From contig CBDCOR010000026.1 in the NCBI GenBank assembly GCA_965219855.1, positions 261,940-325,939 of the forward strand: a stretch of DNA of 64,000 bases. Reading direction: 5' to 3'. The stretch comes from Acidobacteriota bacterium. Its GTDB lineage: Bacteria > Acidobacteriota > UBA6911 > RPQK01 > JAJDTT01. Position numbers and translations under genes: made by a program. The notes beneath the pieces were generated by a model. That model was given only the letters and a program-made list of their open reading frames with translations, had not been told where the DNA came from and did no database searches. Below, one piece after another: positions 1-12,505 of the stretch. Numbering within the stretch: the stretch's first letter is position 1; every line of letters begins with the position of its first letter.

Positions 1-1
1 C

Positions 2-835
2 AGTCGGATCCTCTGTCACTACTGCGGTCAATCTCGTCCCGTACCCGATCGCTGCAGTCAATGTGGCAAGCAATACATTTACTTTATTGGTGAGGGAACC
101 GAGAAGGTCCAAGGGCTTCTTCAGCAGCAGCTCCCCGATGCAGTAATCGATCGAATGGACCGGGATGCGGTGCGGAGAAAGGGCAGCATGCAGCGTATCC
201 TGGAACGCTTTGGAGCCGGAAAAACCGATATCCTGGTCGGGACGCAGATGATCGCCAAGGGACACCATTTTCCAAAGGTGACCCTGGTGGGAGTCCTCTC
301 GGCAGACCAGGGCCTGAGGCTGCCCGATTTTCGGGCCGCCGAGAGAACCTTTCAGCTCCTGACACAGGTCGCTGGAAGGGCGGGGAGAGGAGATCGAGAA
401 GGAGAGGTCGTAGTACAAACCTTCTATCCCAACCATTACAGTTTGAAGTCTTCTCATCTACAGGACTACTCGACTTTCTTTCAGAGAGAGATCCAGTTTC
501 GTCGCCGCTTTCAGTACCCTCCTTTTTCAGCCTTGGTGAATCTGCTAGTTCAGGATCGAGATCGGCAGAAGGCGAACCGGCTTGCCACCCAGCTGTGTGG
601 TTTGCTGGTTCATCATAGAAAGGTATGCTCGAGCGCGGAGCGGATGCGGGTTCTGGGTCCAGCTCCGGCCGCTTTAGAGCGTCTCAAGGGACAGTATCGG
701 TTTCAGATCCTGATCAAGACAATCCGGCGTCAGGAGGCCCATGAGGTGATTCGTCTCAGTCTGGCGAGTCTCCGAGAGAAGAAGTGGAACCTGAGCAAGG
801 TATCGGTTGACGTCGATCCCATCACTCTGATTTGA
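2..835 (+). CDS. priA: Primosomal protein N' (helicase), C-terminal part; begins upstream of window
   Basis: Frame 2 is open from the window edge: CHYCG...CSQCG zinc finger, DILVGTQMIAKGHHFP, QVAGRAGR, C-terminal VDVDP. Confidence 0.97.
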   Translation, partial: SRILCHYCGQSRPVPDRCSQCGKQYIYFIGEGTEKVQGLLQQQLPDAVIDRMDRDAVRRKGSMQRILERFGAGKTDILVGTQMIAKGHHFPKVTLVGVLSADQGLRLPDFRAAERTFQLLTQVAGRAGRGDREGEVVVQTFYPNHYSLKSSHLQDYSTFFQREIQFRRRFQYPPFSALVNLLVQDRDRQKANRLATQLCGLLVHHRKVCSSAERMRVLGPAPAALERLKGQYRFQILIKTIRRQEAHEVIRLSLASLREKKWNLSKVSVDVDPITLI

Positions 836-843
836 GATTCGAT

Positions 844-906
844 AGTGAGCAGTGAGCAGTGAGCAGTGAGCAGTGAGTAGTGAGCAGTAAGCAGTGAGCA
901 GTAAGT
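844..906 (+). repeat. Heptamer tandem repeat (AGTGAGC) x9, three units variant
   Basis: Read directly between the priA stop and the next start. Confidence 0.95.
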
Positions 907-1321
907 GAGGACGTCGATCGAGATCGAGTCAAGGGCTCTTCAGGGAATGATCGATCACGCTCAGGCCGAGTATCCCCTGGAGTGCTGCGGTCTTCTCTCG
1001 GGAATCGATTCTCTAATCGATGAAGTGACTCCGACGGCCAACCTGAAGCGGAGTCCCTGCGAGTTCTTCATCGCACCCGAGGACCTCTTCGCCTTCATGC
1101 GAAAGGTACGTTCTGAATCCAGAAACTTCCAGGGTATCTACCATTCCCACATCACCTCTTCGGTTTTCCCCTCCGAGCGTGATTTTGCCGAGTTTCACTA
1201 CCATGACGTGAGTTACTGGATCATTTTCCTAGAGGAACCGTCCCCCGAGGTGCGCTGTTTCGTCTGGCGGGAATCCGGATTCAGCGAAATCAGATACAAG
1301 ATCAAGAGAACGGCTTCATAA
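905..1321 (+). CDS. JAB/MPN (M67 family) metallopeptidase, Mec-like
   Basis: YPLECCGLL and GIYHSH-x7-S-x2-D JAMM motif. Confidence 0.9.
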   Translation: MRTSIEIESRALQGMIDHAQAEYPLECCGLLSGIDSLIDEVTPTANLKRSPCEFFIAPEDLFAFMRKVRSESRNFQGIYHSHITSSVFPSERDFAEFHYHDVSYWIIFLEEPSPEVRCFVWRESGFSEIRYKIKRTAS

Positions 1322-1390
1322 ACACCATTCAGGCCCGTTCGCCGCACCTTTTGGAATCTGTTTTGTGTCTCGTACCTTGTAATTTTCTCC

Positions 1391-1533
1391 AAGTTTCAGC
1401 TTAGTCGCGCCCCAGCCGGGCTGCCCCATTCGAGAAAGAAACTTGAAGCCTCTCGCCACACTGTCCAGTGGCAAGAGACGTGCGACGTTCGGACGTTCAG
1501 ACGTGCGACGATCCCAATGAAGTTTCAGCTTAG
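1391..1533 (+). repeat. Modular repeat array A: 54-bp unit (1391-1444), spacer S0 (1445-1519), half unit (1520-1533)
   Basis: AAGTTTCAGCTTAG...ATTCGAGAAAGAAACTT; near-identical reverse complement at 33078-33220. Confidence 0.9.
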
Positions 1534-1568
1534 CATAGCTTACGGTATACAATAGATCGGTCGAGAGC

Positions 1569-2657
1569 ATGAGCCAAGTACCTGACATTCAGCCCACAGA
1601 ATCCGGCTCCGAGCAGCATGACGTTTTTGCGAAGGTGCGGGGTTGGGCTCCGGCGGAAGCCTTGGAATTTCTGGATCAGGTACTGCTCTTTTTCCCCGAT
1701 GATTTCAAGTATCGCATCAAGCAGGTAATCGACTCTCTCCCGGCGGAGGCCGACAATCTTGACAAGGTCCTGGAGCTGGTTCGCAGACAGTGGCAGGACC
1801 TGCAGTCGGATGAGCATTTCCAGATAGCCGTAGCCGGCCTGCCCCGCACTGGCAAGTCCTCCCTGGTGAGAATGATCACCGCCAAGCAGGCCAACGGGTC
1901 GGATCCGATTTTCCTGCCGGTGAACCTTCCAGGGCTGCAGGAGTTCGTGGGATACGAATCAGAACAGAGTTTGCCGTCTGAGCTTCAGAAAGTGGACATG
2001 GTTTTATTGGTTCTAGATGGACGCTTTGAACTCTCCGAATCGACTCGGGATCTCCACCGCAGGCTTCAGAACTGTGGCAAGCCTCTATTGGTTGTCTTGA
2101 ACAAAATCGATTTGACTGAGCGTCCGGGTGATGCTCTGAAGGAGGCCAAACGGCTCCTAGCAACCACTGTCTTTCCGGCGTCGATTCAGAAGCCTGGAAC
2201 GGTTCGAAGGCTCCTCAAGGCGATTGTTGCAAGTGACCCGAGGTCCCTCTACGTCCTGACCCGCTACCTACCCGATTTCCGCCGCAGCATCTGTGATGCG
2301 GCGATCACCCAGTCTGCCCTCGCCAGTGGCATCGTGGGAGCCATTCCCATTCCTGTCAGCGACCTCCTGCCGATAGCAGCGATTCAGACCGCAATGCTTC
2401 TGAAGATAGCGAGGGCTTTCGGTTACCCGCTGAGCCACGAAAGAGCTCGAGAGCTGCTTCCTATGCTGGCTTCTGGTGTTGTGGTTCGAGAAGGGGGACA
2501 TCGGCTCGGTCGGAAATTTCCGGGACAGGAGCGGCTGATTTCGGTTTCGGTTGGAGGTGTCTGGACGTTTCTGGTAGGACAGCTCATGGTGCGCTATTTT
2601 GAGCAGCTGTGCCGATTGACAGAAAAGCGGGAGCCAGTGGTAGTACCGCTGAGGTGA
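1569..2657 (+). CDS. GTPase domain plus DUF697/YcjF-like protein
   Basis: GLPRTGKS P-loop, NKID G4 motif, GAIPIPVSDLLPIAAIQ DUF697-like segment. Confidence 0.8.
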   Translation: MSQVPDIQPTESGSEQHDVFAKVRGWAPAEALEFLDQVLLFFPDDFKYRIKQVIDSLPAEADNLDKVLELVRRQWQDLQSDEHFQIAVAGLPRTGKSSLVRMITAKQANGSDPIFLPVNLPGLQEFVGYESEQSLPSELQKVDMVLLVLDGRFELSESTRDLHRRLQNCGKPLLVVLNKIDLTERPGDALKEAKRLLATTVFPASIQKPGTVRRLLKAIVASDPRSLYVLTRYLPDFRRSICDAAITQSALASGIVGAIPIPVSDLLPIAAIQTAMLLKIARAFGYPLSHERARELLPMLASGVVVREGGHRLGRKFPGQERLISVSVGGVWTFLVGQLMVRYFEQLCRLTEKREPVVVPLR

Positions 2658-2738
2658 GGACTGCCGATACTGAAGAGGAGCGCGCCAACGGAGTCTGGCC
2701 GGCGGAGTGAAAACGACAGGCAAATCTGGGGAAGCTGA

Positions 2739-3119
2739 ATGAAGGATGACAGAACTGCGGTCCAGCGCTCTGGGGATGTGGTCCAGGGTGACCTTTACGA
2801 GGACCTATTGAACCGGTATGAGCGAGTTCTCGTATTCGCCGGTCAACTTCAGGAAAAGGCAAGACAGCAGAAGTTGCTAGCCGATCAGAATCAGTCCCTC
2901 GAGGGAGAAGTGAATCGCCTGAGCCGTCTGGTGGACCTCGAAAGATCCTACGTGCGCCTGCTGGAGGGTGCTTTGACATCGTTGGGTGTTCTCAAAGAGG
3001 ATACGGCTGTTTTTGAGCCCGAACCACCCGAACCAATTGAAGCAGAGCCTCTCCAGAACCTGCACGATGCTGATGATCGAACCGAGGAAGCGGCACCTGG
3101 CGAGGAGCAAGATCCCTAG
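2739..3119 (+). CDS. Hypothetical coiled-coil protein with acidic tail
   Basis: ORF co-oriented with neighbours, heptad-like composition. Confidence 0.65.
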   Translation: MKDDRTAVQRSGDVVQGDLYEDLLNRYERVLVFAGQLQEKARQQKLLADQNQSLEGEVNRLSRLVDLERSYVRLLEGALTSLGVLKEDTAVFEPEPPEPIEAEPLQNLHDADDRTEEAAPGEEQDP

Positions 3120-3230
3120 CTTTGTTGCTTGAATCCATTGCCAGCGTTTGGGTTGGCCCCGGTCTGAAGACGGGAACCGAAAACTGAAAACGCTCTTGCG
3201 AACGGGACGGCCTCTGAGATAGATTGGGTC

Positions 3231-5665
<2,435 letters not shown>

Positions 5666-5761
5666 AGGCACCAACTAAGAGAATTCTGATGTAGCGGGCC
5701 CTTTGTGATCTGGTGCCCTGGGATTTGGGATTCACCTGTTTCAGAGTATGATCTGGAGACC

Positions 5762-6610
5762 ATGGCGTCTCCTCGGATGATTCCCTTCGATGGATGGGAA
5801 GTAGGAGGGGGTAATCCCTTCTTTCTCATCGCGGGTCCCTGCGTGATCGAGAGTGAAGATCACTGCTTGCAGATGGCGACCCGCCTGAAAGGGATCACTT
5901 CCTCCCTCGGCATCCCCCTCATCTTCAAGGCCTCCTATGACAAGGCCAACCGAACCTCGAATCGATCCTATCGTGGACCTGGTTTGGATGAGGGTCTGAG
6001 AATTCTGGCTCGGGTTCGAGATGAGTTGGCGCTTCCCGTCCTCTCCGATGTCCACGAAGTCTCTCAGGTCACTCCTGCGGCGCAGGTACTAGAGGTGCTT
6101 CAAATCCCAGCTTTTCTCTGTCGGCAGACGGATCTGATCGTCGCCGCTGCGGCGACCGGGAAGGTGGTCAATATCAAGAAGGGCCAGTTTCTCGCTCCCT
6201 GGGACATTAGCCACGTCCTGGAGAAGGCAGAGAGCACAGGAAACTCCCGACTCATGGTGACGGAACGGGGAGTCGCTTTCGGATACAACAACCTGGTTGT
6301 CGACTTCAAGGGACTGACCACGATGCGACGGCTGGGCTTTCCGATTGTCTTCGATGCAACCCACAGTGTACAGCTGCCTGGAGGTGGCGGAAGTTCTAGC
6401 TCAGGTCAGCGTGAGTTCATCCCTGATTTGGCACGGGCCGCAGTTGCGGTTGGAACCGATGGACTGTTTCTAGAGGTCCACGATGACCCGGATCGGGCAT
6501 TGAGCGATGGTCCCAACGCTTTGCAGATCGACCTGCTTGAGGATATCTTGAAGGTCCTCAAGCCGATCGACGCGTTGGTGAAAGGTAGGAAAGATGAGGC
6601 CGAGAAGTAG
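5762..6610 (+). CDS. kdsA: KDO-8-phosphate synthase (start may be up to 5705)
   Basis: IAGPCVIES, KASYDKANRTS, QIPAFLCRQT, DATHSVQ, SDGPN. Confidence 0.97.
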   Translation: MASPRMIPFDGWEVGGGNPFFLIAGPCVIESEDHCLQMATRLKGITSSLGIPLIFKASYDKANRTSNRSYRGPGLDEGLRILARVRDELALPVLSDVHEVSQVTPAAQVLEVLQIPAFLCRQTDLIVAAAATGKVVNIKKGQFLAPWDISHVLEKAESTGNSRLMVTERGVAFGYNNLVVDFKGLTTMRRLGFPIVFDATHSVQLPGGGGSSSSGQREFIPDLARAAVAVGTDGLFLEVHDDPDRALSDGPNALQIDLLEDILKVLKPIDALVKGRKDEAEK

Positions 6611-7643
6611 CAGCAGCGGCGCCGAGGCGACTTCGGGCGACACCGAAAGGCTCGCCTCGGGAGTATCTGACCTTTCAGGCGGCGGCCCCCGGGAGACCGC
6701 CCGCCAGGTCTTAGAGATCGAGGCGGCCGCTATTTCTGGTCTGGTCTCCAGACTGGACGAGAAGTTTGATCGAGCAGTGGAATGGATGTCTGCCTGCCGG
6801 GGTCGGGTGGTCACGACAGGCATGGGCAAGTCCGGCATCATCAGCAGGAAGATTGCGGCGACGCTGGCCAGCACGGGTACTCCGGCACTCTTTCTCAGCC
6901 CGGCCGAAGCGATCCATGGTGATCTGGGTATGCTGGCCTCCGGGGATCTGGTGCTCGCCGTTTCCAACAGCGGAGAAACTGAGGAGATCGTCCGTTTGAT
7001 CCCAACGGTAAAACGTCTCGGCATCCCCCTGGTCAGTCTGGTTGGTGATGCGGAGTCGACCATTGCGCGCAACTCTGATCTGGCCCTCGACGTTGGTGTT
7101 GACCGAGAGGCTTGTCCCTTTGACCTGGCGCCGACTGCGTCCACCACGGCCTCGCTAGCGCTGGGAGATGCTTTGGCGATTGCCCTTTCCCAGAAGAAGG
7201 GGCTGAGTCTGAAGGAATTTGCGCGACTCCATCCGGGTGGAGAGCTGGGCAAGAAACTGGTATTGGTCGGCGATCTGATGCATACGGGATACGAGGTCCC
7301 CAAGGTACTGTCATCGACCCCGATGGACGAGGTGATTCGCGAGATCTCGCGAATGGCGTTTGGAATTGTTTGCGTCGTAGAGGAGCGGGATGTCCTTGCA
7401 GGAGTGATTTCTGATGGGGACCTGAGAAGACTGCTTCAGCACAAGCGGACTGCTCTTCTGGAGAAGACCGCCTTGGAATGCATGACCCCCAATCCGGCCA
7501 CGGTGGGACCGAAAGAATTGGCAGTCAAGGCACTCCACTTGATGGAGCAGAAAAAGATCACCTCCCTGGTTGTGCCTGACGAAGCCGGTCGGGTCATTGG
7601 CCTCATCCACCTCCACGATCTGTGGGGTACTGAAATGTTCTAG
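6594..7643 (+). CDS. kdsD: Arabinose-5-phosphate isomerase, KpsF/GutQ family (SIS + CBS)
   Basis: GMGKSG, EAIHGDLG, APTAST, HPGG, CBS pair. Confidence 0.95.
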   Translation: MRPRSSSSGAEATSGDTERLASGVSDLSGGGPRETARQVLEIEAAAISGLVSRLDEKFDRAVEWMSACRGRVVTTGMGKSGIISRKIAATLASTGTPALFLSPAEAIHGDLGMLASGDLVLAVSNSGETEEIVRLIPTVKRLGIPLVSLVGDAESTIARNSDLALDVGVDREACPFDLAPTASTTASLALGDALAIALSQKKGLSLKEFARLHPGGELGKKLVLVGDLMHTGYEVPKVLSSTPMDEVIREISRMAFGIVCVVEERDVLAGVISDGDLRRLLQHKRTALLEKTALECMTPNPATVGPKELAVKALHLMEQKKITSLVVPDEAGRVIGLIHLHDLWGTEMF

Positions 7644-7661
7644 TCCAGGCGTGGCAAGCTC

Positions 7662-8474
7662 TCACCCCAGGGATACGTCTAGGATCATCATCACCAAGAA
7701 CCCCAGGATGGCAAAGATGGTCGGCAGATCGGTATCCCCACCCCTTTGCGATTCGGGAATAACCTCTTCGACCACGACAAAGATCATGGCCCCGGCGGCG
7801 AATCCAAAGGCATAAGGTAGGAGCGGCTCGGCCAGGAGAACGGCGACGGCTCCAAGGACTCCGGCAACCGGTTCTACCACTCCCGATAGTTGCCCGTACC
7901 AGAAGCTTTTCAGCCGGGAAACGCCTTCACGACGCAGCGGCATCGAGACGGCGAGGCCCTCCGGGAAGTTCTGAATTCCGATGCCAAGGGCCAAGGCGAC
8001 CGCGCCGCCCAGAGATACAGAAGGGAATCCGGAGGCGACCGACCCGAAAGCGATGCCGACGGCGAGACCCTCGGGTATATTGTGCAAAGTGATGGCCAGA
8101 ACCAAGAGAGTGGCACGCTGCCAGGCGGTCTTGACACCCTCAGCCTCCCGCTGGGCAAATCCCGGGTGTAAGTGGGGCAGGATCTTGTCTATGCCCAAAA
8201 GAAACAGCGCTCCAGAAAGAAATCCGAGGGCAGCCGGAAACCAGGCCGGAACGCTCTTGCCCTCTGACATCTCGATGGCAGGGGCCAGAAGGGACCAGAA
8301 ACTCGCCGCTATCATTACCCCAGCAGCGAATCCAAGCATACCGTCCATGACCCTTCTACTGGGATGGCGACTGACAAACACCAATGATGCCCCGAGCGCT
8401 GTTAGTCCCCAGGTGAAAAGCGTAGCGATCAGCGCCTGGGTGATTGGGTTCAGTCCTTCGACCAGTTCGATCAT
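7662..8474 (-). CDS. ZIP family metal transporter (GufA-like)
   Basis: [22 protein letters not shown] motifs; multiple TM segments. Confidence 0.93.
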   Translation of the reverse strand: MIELVEGLNPITQALIATLFTWGLTALGASLVFVSRHPSRRVMDGMLGFAAGVMIAASFWSLLAPAIEMSEGKSVPAWFPAALGFLSGALFLLGIDKILPHLHPGFAQREAEGVKTAWQRATLLVLAITLHNIPEGLAVGIAFGSVASGFPSVSLGGAVALALGIGIQNFPEGLAVSMPLRREGVSRLKSFWYGQLSGVVEPVAGVLGAVAVLLAEPLLPYAFGFAAGAMIFVVVEEVIPESQRGGDTDLPTIFAILGFLVMMILDVSLG

Positions 8475-8827
8475 CTTGAGACTCTTTCGTTTGTATCCAT
8501 ACTCCGAATCCGAGGCACCTCCTTGCTGCATCGCTCAGTCTCAGTAGACCGGGAGGTATACAGCCAGGATATCCAACTCTAGCAGCCGGCCCTGAAAGCG
8601 ATTCCCCCTGAGCTTGTGGGATGGAGTGAGGGCGTAGCCCGAACGGAGCTCCCCCTCGCTCGCGCCGGCGTCGAGGGGAGTGGACCAGATCCACGAGGCT
8701 CCTGAGCGGCCTCTGTAGGGCGCTGTACGACCTCTCCCCTTGGCGGGCACTCGTCTATCGTCCCCACCAAGCACTTCCCAGGGGCCAATCAGCCGATTTG
8801 CCCGGATTTGAACTCCTCGCGGTTTCC

Positions 8828-9592
8828 TCATTTCGTGGTTTCCTGCTGTTTCTTCTTGGCGCTCTCCATTCGGTAGCTCGAGACGTTGAGTTCCAGAATC
8901 ACGCTGTGGTGCACCACCCGATCAATCGCCGCTACCGTCGTCATGGGGTCCTTGAAGATCCTCTCCCAGTCCGAGAAGATCAGGTTGCTGGTCAGCAAGA
9001 TGCTGCGGCGTTCGTAGCGATGGGCCAGCAGTGTGAAAAGAACCTCCATTTCCTCCCGACTTTGCTGAACGTAGCCGATGTCATCGACTATGAGAGCCTC
9101 GAAGCGATCCAGTTTCTTGAGCTCCTTCTCCAGAGTCAGATCGATTTTGGCCCGCAGCAATCGCTGTACCAGCAGGGCGCAGGTAGAGAATAGAACCCGG
9201 CGCCCCAGCAGAATCAACTCCTGCCCCAGAGCACAGACTAGATGCGTCTTGCCGCTTCCAGGGTTGCCGAAAGCCAAGACGTTCTCGGCGCGATCCAAAA
9301 ACGTACCTTCCAGCAGCGCCGTCAGTTGTCGATCCACGCTTTGGGGCAAGCGCGAGCGGTCCAACGCCGTCAGCGTTTTCTCCCAGGGAAGCTTCGAGAT
9401 TCGGCGCAGGCGCTGGATTTTGCGCTCGTGCCGCTCCGCCACTTCGATCTCAGATAACGACAAGAGAAACCGGGGATAGGACAGACTTTCCTGGGTAGCC
9501 AGTGCCGCCTGGGCGGCGGAGTGCTCCCGAAAGGCTGGTAGATGCAGCTGGACAAGGCACTCGCGAAGCCGGGTCAAGTTGCCTCCACTCAT
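8828..9592 (-). CDS. istB: IS21 helper ATPase IstB
   Basis: GNPGSGKTHL, LIVDDIGY, AAIDRVVHHS; ATGA overlap with istA stop. Confidence 0.96.
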   Translation of the reverse strand: MSGGNLTRLRECLVQLHLPAFREHSAAQAALATQESLSYPRFLLSLSEIEVAERHERKIQRLRRISKLPWEKTLTALDRSRLPQSVDRQLTALLEGTFLDRAENVLAFGNPGSGKTHLVCALGQELILLGRRVLFSTCALLVQRLLRAKIDLTLEKELKKLDRFEALIVDDIGYVQQSREEMEVLFTLLAHRYERRSILLTSNLIFSDWERIFKDPMTTVAAIDRVVHHSVILELNVSSYRMESAKKKQQETTK

Positions 9593-11061
9593 GATCTCAC
9601 CTTCCGGCTCTCCAGCAGCGTGTCGTAGACGCCCACGTCCATCTTCTCCACCGCCACTTCCCAGGGCTCCACCACCGGATCGACGAGGCATTCTCGTAGT
9701 GCTTCGAAACGGATTCTTTGTCCCCTCTCAATCAGCCCCTGAAGTGCCTCTCGCACTCGCTGCTCACCTTCCTGGGCAGCCAACTCGAGGATCTTCAGAT
9801 ACTGGCGATCCGCCGTGGCTGGACAATCTTGGCGCAGCTCGTCGTAGGCGACTCGAAACAAGATCCCCGGAAACAGATCCTCGCGCCAGCGATAGCGAGT
9901 GAACGCCCCCGGCTTGCGCACCAGGGAATGGATCACCTGCCGGTAGTCAATGCGATGCTTGCCTTCTCCTCGCAAGCGAGGCATGCGTGCCTGTGGCTGA
10001 CCCCCGTAGTAGACCTCCACCTGATCCGCCCACACCCTCACCTGCACCCGCTCGCCGATCAACCGGCTGTCCACCGAATAGGTGTTGTGGCGAACCCGGA
10101 TCGTACTGCTGGGGGAGACTCTCACCCACTGCCGGGTGAAGTCATCCAGACGGCGTGCCGGCAACGGGCGCATCACGGCCAGCTCTTCTCCCAGGCGCTT
10201 TTGCCGGGTCGCATTGCGCCGGTCCACAATCACCGCTACAAAACCCTCGTACTCTTCCCGGCTGGAAAAATCACGGCTACACCGCAGCAGCAGTTCCTGC
10301 TCGATGGCCCGTTTCAAGCGGTGATGGGCCTGTTCCACATCCCCGTTCTCGTGAGCCTTTCCTGCCTGGGTGCGACTCGAGCGCATCCCGAAGTGTCTCA
10401 GCAACCCTTGATAGCGCTCGGTGAACTCTTCCCGTTTCAGGTTGTTGACGGCCGCCGAAAGCCGGTCTGTTCGGTGTTCCTCGGGCAGCGCCCCCAACTC
10501 CCACAACGCGTTCTGAAGCCCCAGGCTGAGGCTCTCAAAGGACTCACTGAAACACAGCGTGGTCGCTTCCCAGTTCGAGTAGGCCAAAACAAAGTGGTAC
10601 AGCAGATGGGGAAACGGCTGGCCCTGGATCGTCACTCCCAGACGCCCCATAAACGTAAAGTCCGATTGAGCTTGATGTCCCGGCCGATACTTCTGCGGGA
10701 ACATCACCTCCTTCGCTTCTCCGTGTTGTGCCTTCCACTGCTTGATCCTGCGCTGCAGCGTCCTCAACTGACCTTGCTGGAAGGCCCCTTCCTGCTGGCG
10801 GCACAAATACTCGAACACCGCTGTCGCTTCCACCGTCGGAGATCGCTTCAGGATCTCTTCCACCTCTGGCCACACCGACTCGAACGGATCCGATCGAGTT
10901 CGCCAATATCGCTCCGGCTGACTCTGGCTCGGCAGCTTTCCCGACTTCAGGTACTTCCGAGCCGTCTTTCGCGACAGCCCCGCTTTGGCCGCCGCCATCG
11001 TTAGCGTCTTCTCGTTCTTTTGCAACTTTACTAACCTCCGCACTTGCTGATCCTTAACCAT
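9589..11061 (-). CDS. istA: IS21 transposase IstA
   Basis: HTH SRKTARKY, QSDFT, HRTDRLSAAV, HENGDVE, NTYSVDSRLIG. Confidence 0.95.
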   Translation of the reverse strand: MVKDQQVRRLVKLQKNEKTLTMAAAKAGLSRKTARKYLKSGKLPSQSQPERYWRTRSDPFESVWPEVEEILKRSPTVEATAVFEYLCRQQEGAFQQGQLRTLQRRIKQWKAQHGEAKEVMFPQKYRPGHQAQSDFTFMGRLGVTIQGQPFPHLLYHFVLAYSNWEATTLCFSESFESLSLGLQNALWELGALPEEHRTDRLSAAVNNLKREEFTERYQGLLRHFGMRSSRTQAGKAHENGDVEQAHHRLKRAIEQELLLRCSRDFSSREEYEGFVAVIVDRRNATRQKRLGEELAVMRPLPARRLDDFTRQWVRVSPSSTIRVRHNTYSVDSRLIGERVQVRVWADQVEVYYGGQPQARMPRLRGEGKHRIDYRQVIHSLVRKPGAFTRYRWREDLFPGILFRVAYDELRQDCPATADRQYLKILELAAQEGEQRVREALQGLIERGQRIRFEALRECLVDPVVEPWEVAVEKMDVGVYDTLLESRKVRS

Positions 11062-11146
11062 GCCCTCATGGTCAGGATCAGCCCTGAAAAAGTGGGGAAT
11101 TCTATTTGTCGTCGTGGGAAATTCTAACTGTCGCCAATCACCCGAC

Positions 11147-11270
11147 CTAGGAGCCTGTCCGAGTAATGGTCCGGGTTGCGAGAATGGGGCTTGCGAGGCG
11201 AGATCAAGGCAGGAGGAGGCAGTCGATGCTTGGTCATCTTCGACGACGACGAACGCAGAGATCGGCCGCA
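11147..11270 (+). mobile_element. Orphan MITE/IS end CTAGGAGCCTGTCCGAGTAATGGTCC
   Basis: Same ~30-bp terminus inverted at 60479-60512. Confidence 0.6.
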
Positions 11271-11358
11271 ACCCCCGATGGGGTTGGAATCAAAAGGGGG
11301 AATCGCTTACCCAGGGTTCGGAAACCCTGGGCTGATAGACGGAATCCCTTCAGGATTC
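11269..11358. repeat. REP-like triple hairpin cluster
   Basis: CAACCCC..GGGGTTG, CCCAGGGTT-CGGA-AACCCTGGG, GAATCC..GGATTC. Confidence 0.6.
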
Positions 11359-11575
11359 AGAGGCTCCCTGAGTGCTTGAGTTTGGTGTTAACGAGGTGAA
11401 TGCCGAGGGCAGACTTGTGCCCTTTGTTGCTACAGAAGTCTCCTTCTTGAAGGGATCAGTACCCTGGGGGATATGGTGCGAAGTCTCATTACACCGCTTG
11501 TTGGTCTGAGGCGATAACTCACTAGCTGTTGGACCTGCCCCGACCTGGGTAGATCGATGAGCGTCAAGGGCGGTT

Positions 11576-12490
11576 TCATGGATGGAGTCGCGACCGGTAG
11601 AGTTCGGCGCACTGGCCGCACAGGCTCTGATTGTGTTTCCACTCGGGAAAATCCCTTGAGATCTCCTGCCGGATGTCTTCGGATACATTGATTCCACTTT
11701 GCAGATCAAAGGACGGGAACTGGCAGAGCGAACAATGTCCCGCGCCTGGCTCGCCTTCGGGGCTCGCCAGCTCGCCGGTTTCGGGGTGCAAGGCAAAGTC
11801 GACCAGGGCCTGATGGCTGTGGAAGGGCTGGTCGAACCAATCCGCAAACAGATTCTCACATTGTTGCCCGAGCATCGGAAAGGTGGCCCTGAATTCTGCC
11901 AGGCGTTGATCCCGCACCTGTGGCGGCGCCCAGTCCCGGCGCAGCAGCCGCCCATCAATCCAGCAGTCCCACAGCACTCGATAGCGATCTCGAATCAGCC
12001 TATCCAGGGACGGAGTGGCTTCGAGTTGGGGTAGTTCGGGTTCATATCCAAAGCCTGGGTCCAACATGTCTGCCAGGTGCATCAGCTCGTGCCGAAGAAA
12101 GGCCAGGAGAGGCTCTCGATCCAGGACCTTGGAGGGCCGTAGCCTCATGACTACCCGCTTCGGTATCGATCCGAAGAGGTCAGCTCCTTCGTCCTTGGAG
12201 AAGATGGCCGGCAGCACCCTGCATCCCCGGGTGAGCTGGATCACCGTAGGCTGTTCTTCCAGGGCACGGACCACAGGATGTCCCAGTTCAAGCCGCTGGA
12301 ACCATCTCCGATGAAGCCGTTGAAATTGCCGCTCTCGCTCCTCTTCCTCGGCGACTTCGTAAATTCGATCGTGAGCTTGACGGAAGCGGCCTTCGTCAGG
12401 ATGACCGGGAAGGGCCAGGAGAACCGACTCTTCCACCAATCCAGAGTCAAACTGGGTCTGAAATGACGTTGGCAGGTTGGGGGTTTGCAT
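11576..12490 (-). CDS. Hypothetical protein of the nxr-like cluster with HExxH motif and C-terminal CxxC...CxxC
   Basis: HELMH, CSLC, CGQC; operon-like spacing after the chaperone gene. Confidence 0.75.
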   Translation of the reverse strand: MQTPNLPTSFQTQFDSGLVEESVLLALPGHPDEGRFRQAHDRIYEVAEEEERERQFQRLHRRWFQRLELGHPVVRALEEQPTVIQLTRGCRVLPAIFSKDEGADLFGSIPKRVVMRLRPSKVLDREPLLAFLRHELMHLADMLDPGFGYEPELPQLEATPSLDRLIRDRYRVLWDCWIDGRLLRRDWAPPQVRDQRLAEFRATFPMLGQQCENLFADWFDQPFHSHQALVDFALHPETGELASPEGEPGAGHCSLCQFPSFDLQSGINVSEDIRQEISRDFPEWKHNQSLCGQCAELYRSRLHP

Positions 12491-12505
12491 GTAGGCTCGC
12501 GAGAG

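Larger units (their letters stand above)
8615..11140 (-). mobile_element. IS21 family insertion sequence; end downstream of istB not found (start coordinate approximate)
   Basis: istA-istB pair; the end at 11140 (TGATTGGCGACAG on minus strand) carries two internal repeats GGGAATTCTATTTGTCG / GGGAAATTCTAACTGTCG. Confidence 0.85.

Noticed and set aside
1520-1555. Promoter with -35 supplied by the repeat end (TACAAT at ~1548)
   Set aside because: The -10 is plausible but the -35 match is weak; unsupported without transcript data
8541-8831. 96-aa ORF / second IS21 terminal repeat
   Set aside because: No recognisable protein, and no inverted copy of the 11140 end could be found
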